Of a DNA stretch of 64,000 nucleotides, positions 26,232-41,216 are shown one piece after another. The notes beneath the pieces are model-generated. The model did no database searches and was not told where the DNA came from. It saw nothing but the letters and a program-made list of their open reading frames with translations. A program made the translations under genes and the position numbers. The stretch is from Paragordius varius. Taxonomy: Eukaryota > Animalia > Nematomorpha. The DNA lies in the NCBI GenBank assembly GCA_964247055.1, contig OZ176053.1:14012001-14076000 (forward strand), read 5' to 3'. Within the stretch, counting starts at the first letter, position 1. Each line of letters starts with the position of its first letter.

Positions 26232-27607
26232 ACATCACCTGATCAAATTTGGATTTTAGGTAGCCATTTTTATTTTTAAAATCGTATAAAATAAATTTTT
26301 TAAATATTTAAAAAATTCAAAAAATTACATTTATACTCCGATCTCGACAATATTTGGGGTGATGATGGAATTACCATAGGGCTACCCAAAAAAAATTATG
26401 GTGACATCACCTGATCAAATCTGGATTTTAGGTAGCCATTTTTATTTTTAAAATCGTATAAAATAAATTTTTTAAATATTTAAAAAATTCAAAAAATTAC
26501 ATTTATACTCCGATCTCGAAAATATTTGGGGTGATGATGGAATTACCATAGGGCTACCCAAAAAAAATTATGGCGACATCACCTGATCAAATCTGGATTT
26601 TAGGTAGCCATTTTTATTTTTAAAATCGTATAAAATAAATTTTTTAAATATTTAAAAAATTCAAAAAAATTACATTTATACTCCGATCTCGACAATATTT
26701 GGGGTGATGATGGAACTACCATAGGGCTACCCAAAAAAAGTTATGGTGACATCACCTGATCAAATTTGGATTTTAGTTAGCCATTTTTATTTTTAAAATC
26801 GTATAAAATAAATTTTTTAAATATTTAAAAAATTCATAAAAATTACATTTATACTCCGATCTCGAAAATATTTGGGGTGATGATGGAACTATCATAGGGC
26901 TACCCAAAAAAATTATAGTGACATCACCTGCTCAAATTTGGATTTTAGGTAGCCATTTTTATTTTTCAAATCGTATAAAATAAATTTTTTAAATATTTAA
27001 AAAATTCATAAAAATTATATTTATACTCCGATCTCGAAAATATTTGGGGTGATGATGGAACTACCATAGGGCTACCCAAAAAAAATTATGGTGACATCAC
27101 CTGATCAAATTTGGATTTTAGGTAGCCATTTTTATTTTTAAAATCGTATAAAATAAATTTTTTAAATATTTAAAAAATTCATAAATATTACATTTATAGT
27201 CCGATCCCAAAGTATGGTGATGATGGAACTACCATAGGGCTACCCAAAAAAAATTATGGTGACATAACCTGATCAAATTTGGATTTTAGGTAGCCATTTT
27301 TATTTTTAAAATCGTATAAAATAAATTTTTTAAATATTTAAAAAATTCAAAAAAATTACATTTATAGTCCGATCTCGACAATATTTGGGGTGATGATGGA
27401 ATTACCATAGGGCTACCCAAAAAAAATTATGGTGACATCACCTGATCAAATTTGGATTTTAGGTAGCCATTTTTATTTTTAATATCGTATAAAATAAATT
27501 TTTTAAATATTTAAAAAATTCATAAAAATTACATTTATACTCCGATCTCGACAATATTTGGGGTGATGATGGAACTACTAGAGGGCTACCCAAAAAAAAT
27601 TATGGTC

Positions 27608-30600
27608 ACATCACCTGATCAAATTTGGATTTTAAGTAGCCATTTTTTTTTTTAATATCGTATAAAATAAATTTTTTAAATATTTAAAAAATTCATAAAA
27701 ATTACATTTATACTCCGATCTCGACAATATTTGGGGTGATGATGGAATTACCTTAGGACTACCCAAAAAAAATTATGGTGACATCACCTGATCAAATTTG
27801 GATTTTAGGTAGCCATTTTTATTTTTAAAATCGTATAAAATAAATTTTTTAAATATTTAAAAAATTCATAAAAATTACATTTATACTCCGATCTCGAAAA
27901 TATCTTAGGTGATGATGGAACTACCATAGGGCTACCCAAAAAAAATTATGGCGACATCACCTGATGAAATTTGGATTTTAGGTAGCCATTTTTATTTTTA
28001 AAATCGTATAAAATAAATTTTTTAAATAATTAAAAAATTCATAAATATTACATTTATAGTCCGATCCCAAAGTATTTGGGGTGATGATCGAACTACCATA
28101 GGGCTACCCAAAAAAATTATAGTGACATCACCTGATCAAATTCGGATTTTAGGTAGCCATTTTTATTTTTAAAATCGTCTAAAATAAATTTTTTAAATAT
28201 TTAAAAAATTCATAAAAATTACATTTATACTCCGATCTCGAAAATATTTGGGGTGATGATGGAACTACCATAGGGCTACCCAAAAAAAATTATGGTGACA
28301 TCACCTGATCAAATTTGGATTTTAGGTAGCCATTTTTATTTTTAAAATCGTATAAAATAAATTTTTTAAATAATTAAAAAATTCATAAATATTACATTTA
28401 TAGTCCGATCCCAAAGTATTTGGGGTGATGATGGAACTACCATAGGGCTACGCAAAAAAATTATAGTGACATCACCTGATCAAATTCGGATTTTAGGTAG
28501 CCATTTTTATTTTTAAAATCGTCTAAAATAAATTTTTTAAATATTTAAAAAATTCATAAAAATTACATTTATACTCCGATCTCGAAAATATTTGGGGTGA
28601 TGATGGAACTACCATAGGGCTACCCAAAAAAATTATAATGACATCACCTGATCAAATTTGGATTTTAGGTAGCCATTTTTATTTTTAAAATCGTATAAAA
28701 TAAATTTTTTAAATATTAAAAAATTCATAAAAATTACATTTATACTCCGATCTCGAAAATATTTGGGGTGATGATGGAACTATCATAGGGCTACCCAAAA
28801 AAATTATAGTGACATCACCTGCTCAAATTTGGATTTTAGGTAGCCATTTTTATTTTTAATATCGTATAAAATAAATTTTTTAAATATTTAAAAAATTCAT
28901 AAAAATTACATTTATACTCCGATCTCGAAAATATTTGGGGTGATGATGGAACTACCATAGGGCTACCCAAAAAAATTATAATGACATCACCTGATCTTGG
29001 ATTTTAGGTAGCCATTTTTATTTTTAAAATCGTATAAAATAAATTTTTTAAATATTTAAAAAATTCATAAAAATTACATTTATACTCCGATCTCGACAAT
29101 ATTTGGGGTGATGATGGAACTACCATAGGGCTACCCAAAAAAATTATAATGACATCACCTGATCAAATTTGGATTTTAAGTAGCCATTTTTATTTTTAAT
29201 ATCGTATAAAATAAATTTTTTAAATATTTAAAAAATTCATAAAATTTATACTCCGATCTCGACAATATTTGGGGTGATGATGGAACTACCATAGGGCTAC
29301 CCAAAAAAATTATAATGACATCACCTGATCAAATTTGGATTTTAGGTAGCCATTTTTATTTTTAAAATCGTATAAAATAAATTTTTTAAATATTTAAAAA
29401 ATTCATAAAAATTACATTTATACTCCGATCTCGAAAATATTTGGGGTGATGATGGAACTACCATAGGGCTACCCAAAAAAAATTATGGTGACATCACCTG
29501 ATCAAATTTGGATTTTAGGTAGCCATTTTTATTTTTAAAATCGTATAAAATAAATTTTTTAAATAATTAAAAAATTCATAAATATTACATTTATAGTCCG
29601 ATCCCAAAGTATTTGGGGTGATGATGGAACTACCATAGGGCTACCCAAAAAAATTATAGTGACATCACCTGATCAAATTCGGATTTTAGGTAGCCATTTT
29701 TATTTTTAAAATCGTCTAAAATAAATTTTTTAAATATTTAAAAAATTCATAAAAATTACATTTATACTCCGATCTCGAAAATATTTGGGGTGATGATGGA
29801 ACTACCATAGGGCTACCCAAAAAAATTATAATGACATCACCTGATCAAATTTGGATTTTAGGTAGCCATTTTTATTTTTAAAATCGTATAAAATAAATTT
29901 TTTAAATATTTAAAAAATTCATAAAAATTACATTTATACTCCGATCTCGAAAATATTTGGGGTGATGATGGAACTACCATAGGGCTACCCAAAAAAATTA
30001 TAATGACATCACCTGATCAAATTTGGATTTTAGGTAGCCATTTTTATTTTTAAAATCGTATAAAATAAATTTTTTAAATATTTAAAAAATTCATAAAAAT
30101 TACATTTATACTCCGATCTCGAAAATATTTGGGGTGATGATGGAACTACCATAGGGCTACCCAAAAAAAATTATGGTGACATCACCTGATCAAATTTGGA
30201 TTTTAGGTAGCCATTTTTATTTTTAAAATCGTATAAAATAAATTTTTTAAATATTTAAAAAATTCATAAAAATTACATTTATACTCCGATCTCGAAAATA
30301 TTTGGGGTGATGATGGAACTACCATAGGGCTACCCAAAAAAATTATGGTGACATCACCTGATCAAATTGGGATTTTAGTTAGCCATTTTTATTTTTAAAA
30401 TCGTATAAAATAAATTTCTTAAATATTTAAAAAATTCATAAAAATTACATTTATACTCCGATCTCGAAAATATTTGGGGTGATGATGGAACTACCATAGG
30501 GCTACCCAAAAAAAATTATGGTGACATCACCTGATCAAATTTGGATTTTAGGTAGCCATTTTTATTTTTAAAATCGTATAAAATAAATTTTTTAAATATT

Positions 30601-32761
30601 TAAAAAATTCATAAATATTACATTTATAGTCCGATCCCAAAGTATGGTGATGATGGAACTACCATAGGGCTACCCAAAAAAAATTATGGTGACATAACCT
30701 GATCAAATTTGGATTTTAGGTAGCCATTTTTATTTTTAAAATCGTATAAAATAAATTTTTTAAATATTTAAAAAATTCAAAAAAATTACATTTATACTCC
30801 GATCTCGACAATATTTGGGGTGATGATGGAATTACCATAGGGCTACCCAAAAAAAATTATGGTGACATCACCTGATCAAATTTGGATTTTAGGTAGCCAT
30901 TTTTATTTTTAATATCGTATAAAATAAATTTTTTAAATATTTAAAAAATTCATAAAAATTACATTTATACTCCGATCTCGACAATATTTGGGGTGATGAT
31001 GGAACTACTAGAGGGCTACCCAAAAAAAATTATGGTCACATCACCTGATCAAATTTGGATTTTAAGTAGCCATTTTTATTTTTAATATCGTATAAAATAA
31101 ATTTTTTAAATATTTAAAAAATTCATAAAAATTACATTTATACTCCGATCTCGACAATATTTGGGGTGATGATGGAACTACTAGAGGGCTACCCAAAAAA
31201 AATTATGGTCACATCACCTGATCAAATTTGGATTTTAAGTAGCCATTTTTATTTTTAATATCGTATAAAATAAATTTTTTAAATATTTAAAAAATTCATA
31301 AAAATTACATTTATACTCCGATCTCGAAAATATTTAAGGTGATGATGGAACTATTATAGGGCTACCCAAAAAAAATTATGGTGACATCACCTGATCAAAT
31401 TTGGATTTTAAGTAGCCATTTTTATTTTTAAAATCGTATAAAATAAATTTTTTAAATATTTAAAAAATTCATAAAAATTACATTTATACTCCGATCTCGA
31501 AAATATTTGGGGTGATGATGGAACTACCATAGGGCTACCCAAAAAAAATTATGGTGACATCACCTGATCAAATTTGGATTTTAGGTAGCCATTTTTATTT
31601 TTAAAATCGTATAAAATAAATTTTTTAAATATTTAAAAAATTCATAAAAATTACATTTATACTCCGATCTCGAAAATATTTGGGGTGATGATGGAACTAC
31701 CATAGGACCCAAAAAAATTATGGTGACATCACCTGATCAAATTTGGATTTTAGGTAGCCATTTTTATTTTTAAAATCGTATAAAATAAATTTTTTAAATA
31801 TTTAAAAAATTCAAAAAAATTACATTTATACTCCGATCTCGACAATATTTGGGGTGATGATGGAACTACCATAGGGCTACCCAAAAAAAGTTATGGTGAC
31901 ATCACCTGATCAAATTTGGATTTTAGTTAGCCATTTTTATTTTTAAAATCGTATAAAATAAATTTTTTAAATATTTAAAAAATTCATAAAAATTACATTT
32001 ATACTCCGATCTCGAAAATATTTGGGGTGATGATGGAACTATCATAGGGCTACCCAAAAAAATTATAGTGACATCACCTGCTCAAATTTGGATTTTAGGT
32101 AGCCATTTTTATTTTTCAAATCGTATAAAATAAATTTTTTAAATATTTAAAAAATTCATAAAAATTATATTTATACTCCGATCTCGAAAATATTTGGGGT
32201 GATGATGGAACTACCATAGGGCTACCCAAAAAAAATTATGGTGACATAACCTGATCAAATTTGGATTTTAGGTAGCCATTTTTATTTTTCAAATCGTATA
32301 AAATAAATTTTTTAAATATTTAAAAAATTCATAAAAATTACATTTATACTCCGATCTCGAAAATATTTGGGGTGATGATGGAACTACCATAGGGCTACCC
32401 AAAAAAAATTATGGTGACATCACCTGATCAAATTTGGATTTTAGGTAGCCATTTTTATTTTTAAAATCGTATAAAATAAATTTTTTAAATATTTAAAAAA
32501 TTCAAAAAAATTACATTTATACTCCGATCTCGACAATATTTGGGGTGATGATGGAATTACCATAGGGCTTCCCAAAAAAAATTATGGCGACATCACCTGA
32601 TCAAATTTGGATTTTAGTTAGCCATTTTTATTTTTAAAATCGTATAAAATAAATTTTTTAAATATTTAAAAAATTCAAAAAATTACAGTTATACTCCCAT
32701 CTCGACAATATTTGGGGTGATGATGGAATTACCATAGGGCTACCCAAAAAAAATTATGGTG
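27608..32761. repeat. 30-monomer block (5154 bp) nearly identical to 16116-21269 (offset 11492 bp)
   Basis: Marker pairs all give 11492: TCTTAG 16411/27903, CTTGG 17504/28996, AACTACT 19511/31003, TAGGACCC 20211/31703. Confidence 0.92.
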
Positions 32762-35700
32762 ACATCACCTGATCAAATTTGGATTTTAGGTAGCCATTTT
32801 TATTTTTAAAATCGTATAAAATAAATTTTTTAAATATTTAAAAAATTCAAAAAATTACATTTATACTCCGATCTCGACAATATTTGGGGTGATGATGGAA
32901 TTACCATAGGGCTACCCAAAAAAAATTATGGTGACATCACCTGATCAAATCTGGATTTTAGGTAGCCATTTTTATTTTTAAAATCGTATAAAATAAATTT
33001 TTTAAATATTTAAAAAATTCAAAAAATTACATTTATACTCCGATCTCGAAAATATTTGGGGTGATGATGGAATTACCATAGGGCTACCCAAAAAAAATTA
33101 TGGCGACATCACCTGATCAAATCTGGATTTTAGGTAGCCATTTTTATTTTTAAAATCGTATAAAATAAATTTTTTAAATATTTAAAAAATTCATAAAAAT
33201 TACATTTATACTCCGATCTCGAAAATTTTTGGGGTGATGATGGAACAACCATAGGCTACCCAAAAAAATTATGGTGACATCACCTGATCAAATTTGGATT
33301 TTAGGTAGCCATTTTTATTTTTAAAATCGTATAAAATAAACTTTTTAAATATTTAAAAAATTCATAAAAATTATATTTATACTCCGATCTCGAAAATATT
33401 TGGGGTGATGATGGAACTACCATAGAGCTACCCAAAAAAAATTATGGTGACATAACCTGATCAAATTTGGATTTTAGGTAGCCATTTTTATTTTTAAAAT
33501 CGTATAAAATAAATTTTTTAAATATTTAAAAACTTCATAAAAATTACATTTATACTCCGATCTCGAAAATATTTGGGGTGATGATGGAACTACCATAGGG
33601 CTACCCAAAAAAAATTATGGTGACATCACCTGATCAAATTTGGATTTTAGTTAGCCATTTTTATTTTTAAAATCGTATAAAATAAATTTTTTAAATATTT
33701 AAAAAATTCATAAAAATTACATTTATACTCCGATCTCGAAAATATTTGGGGTGATGATGGAACTATCATAGGGCTACCCAAAAAAATTATAGTGACATCA
33801 CCTGCTCAAATTTGGATTTTAGGTAGCCATTTTTATTTTTAAAATCGTATAAAATAAATTTTTTAAATATTTAAAAAATTCATAAAAATTATATTTATAC
33901 TCCGATCTCGAAAATATTTGGGGTGATGATGGAACTACCATAGGGCTACCCAAAAAAAATTATGGTGACATAACCTGATCAAATTTGGATTTTAGGTAGC
34001 CATTTTTATTTTTCAAATCGTATAAAATAAATTTTTTAAATATTTAAAAAATTCATAAAAATTACATTTATACTCCGATCTCGAAAATATTTGGGGTGAT
34101 GATGGAACTACCATAGGGCTACCCAAAAAAAATTATGGTGACATCACCTGATCAAATTTGGATTTTAGGTAGCCATTTTTATTTTTAAAATCGTATAAAA
34201 TAAATTTTTTAAATATTTAAAAAATTCAGAAAAATTACATTTATACTCCGATCTCGACAATATTTGGGGTGATGATGGAATTACCATAGGGCTTCCCAAA
34301 AAAAATTATGGCGACATCACCTGATCAAATTTGGATTTTAGTTAGCCATTTTTATTTTTAAAATCGTATAAAATAAATTTTTTAAATATTTAAAAAATTC
34401 AAAAAATTACATTTATACTCCGATCTCGACAATATTTGGGGTGATGATGGAATTACCATAGGGCTACCCAAAAAAAATTATGGTGACATCTCCTGATCAA
34501 ATTTGGATTTTAGGTAGCCATTTTTATTTTTAAAATCGTATAAAATAAATTTTTTAAATATTTAAAAAATTCAAAAAAATTACATTTATACTCCGATCTC
34601 GACAATATTTGGGGTGATGATGGAATTACCATAGGGCTACCCAAAAAAAATTATGGTGACTTCACCTGATCAAATCTGGATTTTAGGTAGCCATTTTTAT
34701 TTTTAAAATCGTATAAAATAAATTTTTTAAATATTTAAAAAATTCAAAAAATTACATTTATACTCCGATCTCGAAAATATTTGGGGTGATGATGGAATTA
34801 CCATAGGGCTACCCAAAAAAAATTATGGCGACATCACGTGATCAAATCTGGATTTTAGGTAGCCATTTTTATTTTTAAAATCGTATAAAATAAATTTTTT
34901 AAATATTTAAAAAATTCATAAAAATTACATTTATACTCCGATCTCGAAAATATTTGGGGTGATGATGGAACTACCATAGGCTACCCAAAAAAATTATGGT
35001 GACATCACCTGATCAAATTTGGATTTTAGGTAGCCATTTTTATTTTTAAAATCGTATAAAATAAACTTTTTAAATATTTAAAAAATTCATAAAAATTATA
35101 TTTATACTCCGATCTCGAAAATATTTGGGGTGATGATGGAACTACCATAGAGCTACCCAAAAAAAATTATGGTGACATAACCTGATCAAATTTGGATTTT
35201 AGGTAGCCATTTTTATTTTTAAAATCGTATAAAATAAATTTTTTAAATATTTAAAAACTTCCTAAAAATTACATTTATACTCCGATCTCGAAAATATTTG
35301 GGGTGATGATGGAACTACCATAGGGCTACCCAAAAAAAATTATGGCGACATCACCTGATCAAATTTGGATTTTAGTTAGCCATTTTTATTTTTAAAATCG
35401 TATAAAATAAATTTTTTAAATATTTAAAAAATTCAAAAATCTACATTTATACTCCGATCTCGACAATATTTGGGGTGATGATGGAATTACCATAGGGCTA
35501 CCCAAAAAAAATTATGGTGACATCACCTGATCAAATCTGGATTTTAGGTAGCCATTTTTATTTTTAAAATCGTATAAAATAAACTTTTTAAATATTTAAA
35601 AAATTCATAAAAATTATATTTATACTCCGATCTCGAAAATATTTGGGGTGATGATGGAACTACCATAGAGCTACCCAAAAAAAATTATGGTGACATAACC

Positions 35701-36212
35701 TGATCAAATTTGGATTTTAGGTAGCCATTTTTATTTTTAAAATCGTATAAAATAAATTTTTTAAATATTTAAAAACTTCATAAAAATTACATTTATACTC
35801 CGATCTCGAAAATATTTGGGGTGATGATGGAACTACCATAGGGCTACCCAAAAAAAATTATGGTGACATCACCTGATCAAATTTGGATTTTAGTTAGCCA
35901 TTTTTATTTTTAAAATCGTATAAAATAAATTTTTTAAATATTTAAAAAATTCATAAAAATTACATTTATACTCCGATTTCGAAAATATTTGGGGTGATGA
36001 TGGAACTATCATAGGGCTACCCAAAAAAATTATAGTGACATCACCTGCTCAAATTTGGATTTTAGGTAGCCATTTTTATTTTTAAAATCGTATAAAATAA
36101 ATTTTTTAAATATTTAAAAAATTCATAAAAATTATATTTATACTCCGATCTCGACAATATTTGGGGTGATGATGGAATTACCATAGGGCTACCCAAAAAA
36201 AATTATGGTGAC

Positions 36213-39200
36213 ATCACCTGATCAAATCTGGATTTTAGGTAGCCATTTTTATTTTTAAAATCGTATAAAATAAATTTTTTAAATATTTAAAAAATTCAAA
36301 AAATTACATTTATACTCCGATCTCGAAAATATTTGGGGTGATGATGGAATTACCATAGGGCTACCCAAAAAAAATTATGGCGACATCACCTGATCAAATC
36401 TGGATTTTAGGTAGCCATTTTTATTTTTAAAATCGTATAAAATAAATTTTTTAAATATTTAAAAAATTCATAAAAATTACATTTATACTCCGATCTCGAA
36501 AATATTTGGGGTGATGATGGAACTACCATAGGCTACCCAAAAAAATTATGGTGACATCACCTGATCAAATTTGGATTTTAGGTAGCCATTTTTATTTTTA
36601 AAATCGTATAAAATAAACTTTTTAAAGATTTAAAAAATTCATAAAAATTATATTTATACTCCGATCTCGAAAATATTTGGGGTGATGATGGAACTACCAT
36701 AGAGCTACCCAAAAAAAATTATGGTGACATAACCTGATCAAATTTGGATTTTAGGTAGCCATTTTTATTTTTAAAATCGTATAAAATAAATTTTTTAAAT
36801 ATTTAAAAACTTCATAAAAATTACATTTATACTCCGATCTCGAAAATATTTGGGGTGATGATGGAACTACCATAGGGCTACCCAAAAAAAATTATGGCGA
36901 CATCACCTGATCAAATCTGGATTTTAGGTAGCCATTTTTATTTTTAAAATCGTATAAAATAAATTTTTTAAATATTTAAAAAATTCAAAAAAATTACATT
37001 TATACTCCGATCTCGACAATATTTGGGGTGATGATGGAATTACCATAGGGCTACCCAAAAAAAATTATGGTGACATCACCTGATCAAATTTGGATTTTAG
37101 GTAGCCATTTTTATTTTTAATATCGTATAAAATAAATTTTTTAAATATTTAAAAAATTCATAAAAATTACATTTATACTCCGATCTCGACAATATTTGGG
37201 GTGATGATGGAATTACCATAGGGCTACCCAAAAAAAATTATGGTGACATCACCTGATCAAATTTGGATTTTAGGTAGCCATTTTTATTTTTAAAATCGTA
37301 TAAAATAAATTTTTTAAATATTTAAAAAATTCAAAAAAATTACATTTATACTCCGATCTCGAAAATATTTGGGGTGATGATGGAACTACCATAGGGCTAC
37401 CCAAAAAAATTATGGTGACATCACCTGATCAAATTTGGATTTTAGGTAGCCATTTTTATTTTTAAAATCGTATAAAATAAATTTTTTAAATATTTAAAAA
37501 ATTCATAAAAATTATAATTATACTCCGATCTCGAAAATATTTGGGGTGATGATGGAACTACCATAGGGCTACCCAAAAAAAATTATGGCGAAATCACCTG
37601 ATCAAATTTGGATTTTAGGTAGCCATTTTTATTTTTAATATCGTATAAAATAAATTTTTTAAATATTTAAAAAATTCATAAAAATTACATTTATACTCCG
37701 ATCTCGACAATATTTGGGGTGATGATGGAATTACCATAGGGCTACCCAAAAAAAATTATGGTGACATCACCTGATCAAATTTGGATTTTAGGTAGCCATT
37801 TTTATTTTTAAAATCGTATAAAATAAATTTTTTAAATATTTAAAAAATTCATAAAAATTACATTTATACTCCGATCTCGACAATATTTGGGGTGATGATG
37901 GAATTACCATAGGGCTACCCAAAAAAAATTATGGTGACATCACCTGATCAAATTTGGATTTTAGGTAGCCATTTTTATTTTTAAAATCGTATAAAATAAA
38001 TTTTTTAAATATTTAAAAAATTCAAAAAAATTACATTTATACTCCGATCTCGAAAATATTTGGGGTGATGATGGAACTACCATAGGGCTACCCAAAAAAA
38101 TTATGGTGACATCACCTGATCAAATTTGGATTTTAGGTAGCCATTTTTATTTTTAAAATCGTATAAAATAAATTTTTTAAATATTTAAAAAATTCATAAA
38201 AATTATATTTATACTCCGATCTCGAAAATATTTGGGGTGATGATGGAACTACCATAGGGCTACCCAAAAAAAATTATGGCGACATCACCTGATCAAATTT
38301 GGATTTTAGTTAGCCATTTTTATTTTTAAAATCGTATAAAATAAATTTTTTAAATATTTAAAAAATTCAAAAAATTACATTTATACTCCGATCTCGACAA
38401 TATTTGGGGTGATGATGGAATTACCATAGGGCTACCCAAAAAAAATTATGGTGACATCACCTGATCAAATTTGGATTTTAGGTAGCCATTTTTATTTTTA
38501 AAATCGTATAAAATAAATTTTTTAAATATTTAAAAAATTCAAAAAAATTACATTTATACTCCGATCTCGACAATATTTGGGGTGATGATGGAATTACCAT
38601 AGGGCTACCCAAAAAAAATTATGGTGACATCACCTGATCAAATCTGGATTTTAGGTAGCCATTTTTATTTTTAAAATCGTATAAAATAAATTTTTTAAAT
38701 ATTTAAAAAATTCAAAAAATTACATTTATACTCCGATCTCGAAAATATTTGGGGTGATGATGGAATTACCATAGGGCTACCCAAAAAAAATTATGGCGAC
38801 ATCACCTGATCAAATCTGGATTTTAGGTAGCCATTTTTATTTTTAAAATCGTATAAAATAAATTTTTTAAATATTTAAAAAATTCATAAAAATTACATTT
38901 ATACTCCGATCTCGAAAATATTTGGGGTGATGATGGAACTACCATTGGCTACCCAAAAAAATTATGGTGACATCACCTGATCATATTTGGATTTTAGGTA
39001 GCCATTTTTATTTTTAAAATCGTATAAAATAAACTTTTTAAATATTTAAAAAATTCATAAAAATTATATTTATACTCCGATCTCGAAAATATTTGGGGTG
39101 ATGATGGAACTACCATAGAGCTACCCAAAAAAAATTATGGTGACATAACCTGATCAAATTTGGATTTTAGGTAGCCATTTTTATTTTTAAAATCGTATAA

Positions 39201-39490
39201 AATAAATTTTTTAAATATTTAAAAACTTCATAAAAATTACATTTATACTCCGATCTCGAAAATATTTGGGGTGATGATGGAACTACCATAGGGCTACCCA
39301 AAAAAAATTATGGCGACATCACCTGATCAAATCTGGATTTTAGGTAGCCATTTTTATTTTTAAAATCGTATAAAATAAATTTTTTAAATATTTAAAAAAT
39401 TCATAAAAATTATAATTATACTCCGATCTCGAAAATATTTGGGGTGATGATGGAACTACCATAGGGCTACCCAAAAAAAATTATGGCGAC
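36213..39490. repeat. Looser region with a 4-monomer run repeated at a 14-monomer offset (2416 bp)
   Basis: AGAGCT occurs at 36701 and 39117, with the same flanking monomers (ATCTGG, single-G-deleted AT(A/T)GGCT, AAAACTTCAT). The two copies carry several differences. Confidence 0.7.
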
Positions 39491-41216
39491 ATCACCTGAT
39501 CAAATTTGGATTTTAGGTAGCCATTTTTATTTTTAATATCGTATAAAATAAATTTTTTAAATATTTAAAAAATTCATAAAAATTACATTTATACTCCGAT
39601 CTCGACAATATTTGGGGTGATGATGGAATTACCATAGGGCTACCCAAAAAAAATTATGGTGACATCACCTGATCAAATTTGGATTTTAGGTAGCCATTTT
39701 TATTTTTAAAATCGTATAAAATAAATTTTTTAAATATTTAAAAAATTCAAAAAAATTACTTTTATACTCCGATCTCGAAAATATTTGGGGTGATGATGGA
39801 ATTACCTTAGGGCTACCCAAAAAAAATTATGGTGACATCACCTGATCAAATTTGGATTTTAGGTAGCCATTTTTATTTTTAAAATCGTATAAAATAAATT
39901 TTTTAAATATTTAAAAAATTCATAAAAATTATATTTATACTCCGATCTCGAAAATATTTGGGGTGATGATGGAACTACCATAGGGCTACCCAAAAAAAAT
40001 TATGGCGACATCACCTGATCAAATCTGGATTTTAGGTAGCCATTTTTATTTTTAAAATCGTATAAAATAAATTTTTTAAATATTTAAAAAATTCATAAAT
40101 ATTACATTTATAGTCCGATCCCAAAGTATTTGGGGTGAAGATGGAACTACCATTGGGCTACGCAAAAAAAATTATGGCGACATCACCTGATCAAATTTGG
40201 ATTTTAGGTAGCCATTTTTATTTTTCAAATCGTATAAAATAAATTTTTTAAATATTTAAAAAAATCATAAAAATTACATTTATACTCCGATCTCGAAAAT
40301 ATTTGGGGTGATGATGGAACTACCATAGGGCTACCCAAAAAAAATTATGGTGACATCACCTGATCAAATTTGGATTTTAGGTAGCCATTTTTATTTTTAA
40401 AATCGTATAAAATAAATTTTTTAAATATTTAAAAACTTCAAAAAAATTACATTTATACTCCGATCTCGACAATATTTGGGGTGATGATGGAATTACCTTA
40501 GGGCTACCCAAAAAAAATTATGGTGACATCACCTGATCAAATTTGGATTTTAAGAAGCCATTTTTATTTTTAATATCGTATAAAATAAATATTTTAAATA
40601 TTTAAAAAATTCATAAAAATTATATTTATACTCCGATCTCGAAAATATTTGGGGTGATGATGGAACTACCATAGGGCTACCCAAAAAAAATTATGGCGAC
40701 ATCACCTGATCAAATCTGGATTTTAGGTAGCCATTTTTATTTTTAAAATCGTATAAAATAAATTTTTTAAATATTTAAAAAATTCATAAATATTACATTT
40801 ATAGTCCGATCCCAAAGTATTTGGGGTGAAGATGGAACTACCATTGGGCTACGCAAAAAAAATTATGGCGACATCACCTGATCAAATTTGGATTTTAGGT
40901 AGCTATTTTTATTTTTCAAATCGTATAAAATAAATTTTTTAAATATTTAAAAAATTCATAAAAATTACATTTATACTCCGATCTCGACAATATTTGGGGT
41001 GATGATGGAACTACCATAGGGCTACCCAAAAAAAATAATAATGACATCACCTGATCAAATTTGGATTTTAGGTAGCCATTTTTATTTTTAAAATCGTATA
41101 AAATAAATTTTTTAAATATTTAAAAAATTCATAAAAATTACATTTATACTCCGATCTCGAAAATATTTGGGGTGATGATGGAACTACCAATTGGCTACCC
41201 AAAAAAAATTATGGCG

